From an uncultured archaeon (GTDB lineage: Archaea; Iainarchaeota; Iainarchaeia; Iainarchaeales; 1-14-0-10-31-34), in the NCBI GenBank assembly GCA_964608675.1, contig CAZSOZ010000001.1, positions 192,001 to 256,000 of the forward strand: a DNA stretch of 64,000 bases. Direction: 5' to 3'. Both the position numbers and the translations under genes were made by a program. Shown here in pieces: positions 57,998 through 64,000 of the stretch (positions within the stretch are counted from its first letter, which is position 1; every line of letters begins with the position of its first letter). The notes below the pieces were generated by a model. It saw only the letters and a program-made list of their open reading frames with translations, was not told where the DNA came from and did no database searches.

Positions 57998-59305
57998 ATG
58001 GATTTTTTGGATAAACTTTTTGGAAAAAAGCAGAAAGAAACAAAAAAAGAGCACGTTATTTTGGAATTCAGAGAAATCCCTGAGTTTTCCAGAAAAATTT
58101 ATTTTGATTCTTTTAATGAAATAGAAAAAGAAGTTTTTTCAGGAATTTCTGAAATAAAGCATTTTCTTAATTCGCTTAAGTCTTCTTTGAATTCTCTTGA
58201 AGAGCAGAAAGTAGAGCAGGATAAAGGCCATAAAAAATTAAGAAAAATTGCGGCTACAAGCAAGAAAACGTTTATTGATAAAATGAGAAATTTAATTTCC
58301 AAGCTTTCTCCTCCTTCAAAATCTGATTTCATTGAATTGAATTCTTATTTTGAGAATTCAATCCAAATTCTTGAATCTGAAATTAATTCCTTTGGAAAAA
58401 ACATCGCATATACAGGGATTGTTTTGAAAGATTCAGTTCAGGATGTAGGAAAAAAAATAAGGGAACTTAATTCTTCTTTCAGGGAAACCAAAAAATTGTT
58501 TGATTCAAAAAAAGAACTCAATTTGTTTCCTGAGATAACCAGTTTGTTTCATCAGACAGAAGAAAATATTGCTCAAAAAAAGACATCAGTTTCTGCCGAA
58601 AAAGAAGTCATGCAAAAAATTTATTCAGCTGAAGAAGAATTAACGAAAACCAAAAAAAAGTTAGCTGAAACAAAAAATTCTATTGAAGCAAAACAATATG
58701 ATGAACTTTTAAAGCAGAAAAGTTCTTTAATGGAAGAAAAACAAAAATTAAAAATAAGCCTTGTTGAATTGTTTTATCCTGTTGAAAAACTTTTAAGGGG
58801 TTTCAGAAAACTGGTTGAATCAAAACATTTTGTGCTGAATGAAGATGAAAGAATTCTGTTAAATAATTATCTTTCAAACCCTGTTCTTGCTTTAAAAAAA
58901 GACAGCAGAGCAGAAACCCTAAAAAAAATATTTAATTACATTAAAGAATTAGCTGAAGAAGGAAAAATTTCTCTTAAACCAAAAGAAAAAGAAAAAAGAA
59001 TGAATGCTTTGAATGAACTGCTTGAATTTGATTTTTTTGAGAAATTTTTCTGGAAGCTGAACGAATTAGACAAAAACTTAAATGAAATTCAGTCCAGAAT
59101 AAATTCTTTGGACGTTTCTTCAAAAATTTTTTCTCTTGAAAACCGACTTGAATCACTTGAGCATTCAATAAAAAACTATTCAAATGAATTAGAAAAACAA
59201 AAAAACAAAACAAAAGAAATTTCAAACAAAATTTCTTCTTTTAAGAATTCTCTTGAAGAAAAAATTTCAATTTTTTCAGGAAAAGAAATTGAAATAAAAC
59301 ACTAA
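57998..59305 (+). CDS. Coiled-coil hypothetical protein
   Basis: Long E/K/L heptad-rich ORF with no catalytic motifs. Confidence 0.7.
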   Translation: MDFLDKLFGKKQKETKKEHVILEFREIPEFSRKIYFDSFNEIEKEVFSGISEIKHFLNSLKSSLNSLEEQKVEQDKGHKKLRKIAATSKKTFIDKMRNLISKLSPPSKSDFIELNSYFENSIQILESEINSFGKNIAYTGIVLKDSVQDVGKKIRELNSSFRETKKLFDSKKELNLFPEITSLFHQTEENIAQKKTSVSAEKEVMQKIYSAEEELTKTKKKLAETKNSIEAKQYDELLKQKSSLMEEKQKLKISLVELFYPVEKLLRGFRKLVESKHFVLNEDERILLNNYLSNPVLALKKDSRAETLKKIFNYIKELAEEGKISLKPKEKEKRMNALNELLEFDFFEKFFWKLNELDKNLNEIQSRINSLDVSSKIFSLENRLESLEHSIKNYSNELEKQKNKTKEISNKISSFKNSLEEKISIFSGKEIEIKH

Positions 59306-59335
59306 TTTTTTATTCTTGAAAGACTTATTCTTATT

Positions 59336-59899
59336 ATGGCTTTTTCTTTAAGCAGTCTTGAAATAAAAGAAAACAAAAGTGTTTTGTTTTCAGGCAGGTC
59401 TTTTCAGGCAAAAAAATTAATTGAATTAATCTTAAAAGAGCAAAAAAATCAGAAAAATATTCTTGTTGTTTTGGATCCGGCAAACTATTCTTCTTTAATG
59501 AACGATTTTTTTGTTGTTTCAAAAAAAGCTTTTGGAAGAAATTCAGTTGTAGTGGATGATTATTGTCTTTCTGAAATTTCTTCTGCAGTACATTCAGTTG
59601 AAAGAAAATCTGATTCAAAAGGAATTCTTTTGTTTGATTCTCTTTCTTCTTTGCTTTCATTTAATCCTTCAAACGCAGTTTATTCTTTTCTTTTTTTTGA
59701 ATCAAGAAAAGCAAAAGAATTAAATTATTCTTTAATTGTGTTTATTGATGAAAGGCTTCATGATACTGCTGTTTTAATGAACATAAAAAAAATAATGGAT
59801 TATAATTTCTTTTTTGAATTCAAGGAAAAAAAATTGTTTATAGAAAAAACTGCTTTTCCTTTTAATTCAATCAAAAAAAATTATTCTTTTAATGTTTAG
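59336..59899 (+). CDS. Degenerate RecA/KaiC-like ATPase-fold protein
   Basis: LLFDSLSSLL.FN and H...V...IKKIMD pattern; no Walker A. Confidence 0.55.
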   Translation: MAFSLSSLEIKENKSVLFSGRSFQAKKLIELILKEQKNQKNILVVLDPANYSSLMNDFFVVSKKAFGRNSVVVDDYCLSEISSAVHSVERKSDSKGILLFDSLSSLLSFNPSNAVYSFLFFESRKAKELNYSLIVFIDERLHDTAVLMNIKKIMDYNFFFEFKEKKLFIEKTAFPFNSIKKNYSFNV

Positions 59900-60798
59900 A
59901 GTATTTGAAGGACTCTGTCGCAGAACTGGCTTAATGAATTAACTACTCCTTTATGTTCTTCTGATTTGACCATTAAAAGAACTCCTTTCATTTTCCAGTC
60001 CCTTAGTTTTCCTATAACTAAATGAATAAATCTTTCAACTGAAGCAATATCGTTGTAAATTAACAAAGTGCTAATTGAATCAAAAACCAAAAATTTAGGT
60101 TTTTCTTTTTGTTTAACATATACTTCATCTATTGCAACACTTAATGCAGTTAAATCTCGAGGAGATTCAATGAATTCAACGTTAGGATTAAAAGAAGCTT
60201 CTTTTCCTGTTCCTTTGCTTATTGCGTCAACAAAAATTAGTTTTTCTATATCTATTTTTTCTCTTTTAAGTGTTTCTTTCATGAAGTCAAAAGACCTATT
60301 CAAAGTTATGTATAATCCTTTTCCTTGTGTGTGGTTTATTAACAGTCTGATTAATTCGTAATTTATTTTTGAATAATTTGTTGGTTCCACTAAAAGCAGT
60401 GCAGTGAATTGTTCTTTTGGCAGTTCTTCTAAATATCTTAAAATTGTTAAGTCTATTCCTCTTCTCGGGCTTATTAATTCCTGCAGTGCTTCTTCTGGAC
60501 GCATTTCTTTTTTTAAATCAGTTTTCATTTCAATGTTTTTTTTTCTTTTGTCTTTTTTTGTTACATAGGTTCTTATCTGTTTTTCAGGTTTTGTCAGAAG
60601 TTTTTCCAGTTCTTTAATTGAATCACCGTCTTTTCCGTTTTTTTTTGCTTCTTTGATTATTTCTTTTTTTCTTTCTTTTCCCAGGCTCTTTATTTGTTCT
60701 GTTAATTTCTGAAATCCTTCTTTTTTTTTTGCCTTCTTTTTTTTATTTTCTTTTTTCTTTTTTCCTTTTTTCTTGCTTTTCTTTTTTTTCTTTTTCAT
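59896..60798 (-). CDS. Inactive KaiC-like ATPase-fold protein with poly-Lys N-terminus
   Basis: YITLNR, FVDAIS, SPRDLT.LS, VFDSISTLLIYN and FCD motifs; paralog of 34511..35119. Confidence 0.7.
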   Translation of the reverse strand: MKKKKKKSKKKGKKKKENKKKKAKKKEGFQKLTEQIKSLGKERKKEIIKEAKKNGKDGDSIKELEKLLTKPEKQIRTYVTKKDKRKKNIEMKTDLKKEMRPEEALQELISPRRGIDLTILRYLEELPKEQFTALLLVEPTNYSKINYELIRLLINHTQGKGLYITLNRSFDFMKETLKREKIDIEKLIFVDAISKGTGKEASFNPNVEFIESPRDLTALSVAIDEVYVKQKEKPKFLVFDSISTLLIYNDIASVERFIHLVIGKLRDWKMKGVLLMVKSEEHKGVVNSLSQFCDRVLQIL

Positions 60799-60799
60799 T

Positions 60800-61498
60800 T
60801 CAGATGTCCTCAAACAATTCCTGTTTTGATAAAACCTTTAATCCTGTCGGCCCGATTGTAACGGGATGAAGTTTTTCTGATATTTTTGTTCCTCTCATTT
60901 TTAGTATTCCTAAACTTCTTACAAACCTGTTTTCTATTTTTGTGTGATACAATAAAATTACTCCGTCTGCAACATATTCTTCTAATCCAAACAAGCTTCT
61001 TGTTTTATCTAAATTTATTTCGTTTGTTATTACTGTTGTGCAGTCAATTTGTTTTAGCATTTTTCCAAGACTCATTATTCTTTTTCTTGCATCCAGTTCT
61101 CTGTCAAAGTAAAGCCTGAAAATTACTCCTGGATCAATTACCAGTCTTTTTGCATTAATGGTTTGAATTGAATCTTCAATCAAATTTTTGAGTTTGTCAA
61201 AATCATATAATTCCACTACTTCTATTATCAGCATTTTTTTCTGAATTAATTCTTCTAATTGGTATCCGAATTCTTTTCCATTTCTTATTATTTCGTCGTA
61301 TGTTTCTTCTAATGAAATGTATATTGCTGGTTCATTGAATTCTATTGCTCCTTTATATAAGTATTCCAGACAAAAGCAGGTTTTTCCTGAACCTGGGTCT
61401 CCTGCTAATACAACAAGGTTTCCTCTTGGAATTCCTCCATCCATTAATTCATCTAAGCCTGGAACCCCTGTTTGCGTTCTGTCAGCTAATCTAGGCAT
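60800..61498 (-). CDS. KaiC/RAD55/GvpD-family ATPase
   Basis: TGVPGLDELMDGG, GDPGSGKT, EEYVADG and KMRGT motifs. Confidence 0.9.
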   Translation of the reverse strand: MPRLADRTQTGVPGLDELMDGGIPRGNLVVLAGDPGSGKTCFCLEYLYKGAIEFNEPAIYISLEETYDEIIRNGKEFGYQLEELIQKKMLIIEVVELYDFDKLKNLIEDSIQTINAKRLVIDPGVIFRLYFDRELDARKRIMSLGKMLKQIDCTTVITNEINLDKTRSLFGLEEYVADGVILLYHTKIENRFVRSLGILKMRGTKISEKLHPVTIGPTGLKVLSKQELFEDI

Positions 61499-61662
61499 AA
61501 ATTTTTCACTTCTAAATAAATAAGTTAAAGGTATTTAAAATAACTTGTTTAATTTTATTTTTTTCATAATTGTTTATTTTCTTAAACCGCAAAACATTTA
61601 AATACAACAATCTTTCTTATACTATTCAATAATTGTTTTTTTAACTTAAAGGAGGAAGATAA

Positions 61663-62106
61663 ATGTTTAAGAATAACAAAGGACAATCCGCACTTGAATA
61701 TTTGATGACATATGGATGGGCTTTGGTTGTAATTGTAATTGTAATTGCAGCCTTGTTTGCTTTCGGTGTCTTCAATACTCCAAAGAACTGTACACAAACC
61801 GGCGGCCAGATGTTGATAAAAAACTATGATTTCAATAGCGGTTTAATACAATTGCAAATTACAAACGGAACACCTAATACAGTAGAAATCACTGGTTTTG
61901 ATTCTACAACAGGCATTGATAGTTGGTCTGGAGGAGATCCTTGGGTTACACACACCAGTTCTGACTTAGCAAAAAATGACACTAACACATTCTTTTTAGT
62001 GCCGTCATCCGCTTTGTCTGGAAGCATTACTGAAGAAATCACAATGACTTATACATCAGGCGGATTAACTAAAACAGAAAAAACAACTTGTAGTGGACCA
62101 GTTTAA
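61663..62106 (+). CDS. Archaeal type IV pilin with class III signal peptide
   Basis: KG/QSALEYLMTYGWALVVIVIVIAAL; GGAGG RBS. Confidence 0.88.
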   Translation: MFKNNKGQSALEYLMTYGWALVVIVIVIAALFAFGVFNTPKNCTQTGGQMLIKNYDFNSGLIQLQITNGTPNTVEITGFDSTTGIDSWSGGDPWVTHTSSDLAKNDTNTFFLVPSSALSGSITEEITMTYTSGGLTKTEKTTCSGPV

Positions 62107-62295
62107 ATAACTCCACTCTTTTTTTCTTTTTTTTTTAATTATTTCAGTTATTGCTTTCTTTAAATAACTTAACTTTTTTTTTGAATAAGCAAAAAAAAGC
62201 CTTTGTTTTTGATTGCTATAGATCTCTGTGAGTGCCAAACAGATTAACGTTAAATTGTCTTTCAATTTATTTGATTTAAATCAATTTTGCTGAAA

Positions 62296-62325
62296 AGCTA
62301 TAGTTACAGGAGCTATAGCTACAGG
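62296..62325 (+). repeat. 15-bp tandem duplication AGCTATAG(T/C)TACAGG x2
   Basis: 62296-62310 and 62311-62325 differ at one base. Confidence 0.7.
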
Positions 62326-62453
62326 AATTTACAGGATTTGATTGCTGATTCTTTAAAGGAAAAAATTTTTCAAAAACCTGTTTTTTAAATTGAATCAAAA
62401 AATAAATTCCAATTCTTTAATTCCCTTATTTTTTTTTGCCTGTTTTTTTTTTA

Positions 62454-63443
62454 TTATATTAATGACTTGAATGTGTTTTCTAAAAACAGTGAAACAATAA
62501 AATAAATTGCATATGATGCAATAAGCATTACTGGAATGTATTTTATTCCTCCTTTTTCGCTTCTTGAATTAATTATTCCTATTGTAAGAGACCCAAAAAC
62601 AGAGATTACTGCTAAAGTCACTAAAGAAAAAACAAAAATGAATTCAGGCTGTATTGCCATTCCTCCTGCACCTATTCCTAATCCTCCCTGCGAGGAAGCT
62701 AATGCAACTGATTCTTCTGATATTGTTCCAATGCTTCCCATTTGCTTTGACATTATTTTCACGATGAATGAACTGATTCCAAACATTAATGGCGCTCCAA
62801 TCATTGAAGCAAAGAAAATAAGTATTACATACATTGAAACATTTCCTTTTACTTCTTCTTGTAATGCGTTTTGTTCCCTTAAATCGTCTGATAATTGAAG
62901 AAGCAGGTTTGCCATTTCTCCTCCGGATTTCATTCCTTCTGTTATTAGCCAGATTGTTTTTTGAAATGTTTTTGATTTTATGCTGTTTGTCATTTCTTTT
63001 AATGCTGTTTCAGTTCTTTCTCCTGCCATCATTTTTTTGCTTGCTTTTTTGAATTCTATTTCTAATGGGCCAAATTCAGGTCTTGCAGAAATAAGCAAAG
63101 CTTTTTCTGTAGTTATTCCTGATTTCATGTTTGATGCAATTAATTGCAGGGCATCAGGCAGAATTTTTTCTACGAATTTTCCTTTGGATTCGCCTGCCTG
63201 ATTTAATAAATAGTAAATGCCCCCTGCAATCAATGCAAATCCTGCTGTAAATCCAATGAAAAAATTCAGCTGAAAAAAATAAGTTAATGCAAATCCTGAT
63301 GCTATTGCTGAAGCAAAACTAAATACTGCCAGAAATCCTGTAAAATTTTTTGTTTCAATATCTATTCCTGAATACATTAATTCTTTTGTAAATGTATCTA
63401 ATACTGTTCTTGGAATCAGTTTTCCTATTTTTTCGTACATCAT
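62454..63443 (-). CDS. Type II secretion system F (TadC-like) pilus assembly protein
   Basis: LPDALQLIASNMKSG...EFGPL...GMKSGG; paralog of 522..1538. Confidence 0.85.
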   Translation of the reverse strand: MMYEKIGKLIPRTVLDTFTKELMYSGIDIETKNFTGFLAVFSFASAIASGFALTYFFQLNFFIGFTAGFALIAGGIYYLLNQAGESKGKFVEKILPDALQLIASNMKSGITTEKALLISARPEFGPLEIEFKKASKKMMAGERTETALKEMTNSIKSKTFQKTIWLITEGMKSGGEMANLLLQLSDDLREQNALQEEVKGNVSMYVILIFFASMIGAPLMFGISSFIVKIMSKQMGSIGTISEESVALASSQGGLGIGAGGMAIQPEFIFVFSLVTLAVISVFGSLTIGIINSRSEKGGIKYIPVMLIASYAIYFIVSLFLENTFKSLI

Positions 63444-63450
63444 TTTTTTT

Positions 63451-64000
63451 TCATCCCATTAAATTTGGTGTTTTTGATTTTAATATTCCTAAATACATGA
63501 ATTCTCCTACTGCAATAAAAATCAACAAAATCCAGAATAACATTTCTCCTAACTGCATTTGAGGAAACGAACTTAACACAATAAGGAATGTGACTCCTAA
63601 TGAAGGAATTATTACTCCTAACATCATGTACATTAATGAAAGAATTTTCATTGAATTTCCGTATTTTGTGATTTGGAGTTTTTCTTCTCTTATCATTGTT
63701 GAAACCAGTTCTTCCATTACTGAGCTTACATCTGATCCTGCTTTCATTCCGTTTATTATCTGCCAAATGCTTCTCCTGAAAAAAAGTGAAGGATTGTATC
63801 TTGCAATTTTTTCTAATGCAATTTCTTCTATTGTTCCTGTTTCAATTTCTTTTACGGCTTTTCTGAATTCATTTGATAATGCGCCGTAATCTCCTTCTGC
63901 TATTATATTCAGGGAATCAAACAGGGAAACCCCTGATTTTATTTCCACTGCCATTGTTCTTAAAGCAAAAATTAAATTCCTTTCAACTTCTCTTATTTTT
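63451..64000 (-). CDS. Type II secretion system F (TadB/TadC-like) protein, 5'-partial
   Basis: Open to the window edge (...NLIFALRTMAVEIKSGVSLF...YGALSNEF); paralog of 1..525. Confidence 0.8.
   Translation of the reverse strand, partial: KIREVERNLIFALRTMAVEIKSGVSLFDSLNIIAEGDYGALSNEFRKAVKEIETGTIEEIALEKIARYNPSLFFRRSIWQIINGMKAGSDVSSVMEELVSTMIREEKLQITKYGNSMKILSLMYMMLGVIIPSLGVTFLIVLSSFPQMQLGEMLFWILLIFIAVGEFMYLGILKSKTPNLMG

Noticed and set aside
721-63889. Numerous short antisense or alternate-frame ORFs in the ORF track
   Set aside because: They overlap well-supported genes and have the F/S/L-rich composition expected from the reverse strand of K/E-rich genes.
1-64000. Palindromic contig artefact as the cause of the mirror symmetry
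   Set aside because: The two halves carry different genes and the Tad paralogs are strongly diverged rather than reverse-complement copies.

Overview
Very AT-rich archaeal chromosome segment. Archaeal markers are TFE, aTrm56, DtdA, class I LysRS, an A1:U72 initiator tRNA and class III signal-peptide pilins; gene content suggests a DPANN archaeon, possibly Iainarchaeota/Diapherotrites (inference). It encodes two Tad/type IV pilus loci at the window edges, a long RelA-like RSH, a purine cluster (guaA, purE, purC, purF, purB, purA), four tRNAs, xerA, an accessory cluster of secreted/membrane proteins with a 168-bp perfect repeat, bacterial MEP genes (dxs, ispF, ispD, dxr), ppdK, a glycogen cluster, a RecJ/GAN-like DHH protein and several KaiC/RAD55-fold proteins. 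The most striking unexplained signal is a ~1.15-kb non-coding hub at 31.4-32.5 kb. There the strand A/T bias inverts, an over-represented 11-mer (TATACATAACT) flips orientation, and the two paralogous Tad loci are almost exactly mirror-symmetric about it. This is a candidate replication origin/terminus or chromosome-organising system with an unrecognised motif. All calls were made by eye from sequence motifs; no database searches were run.
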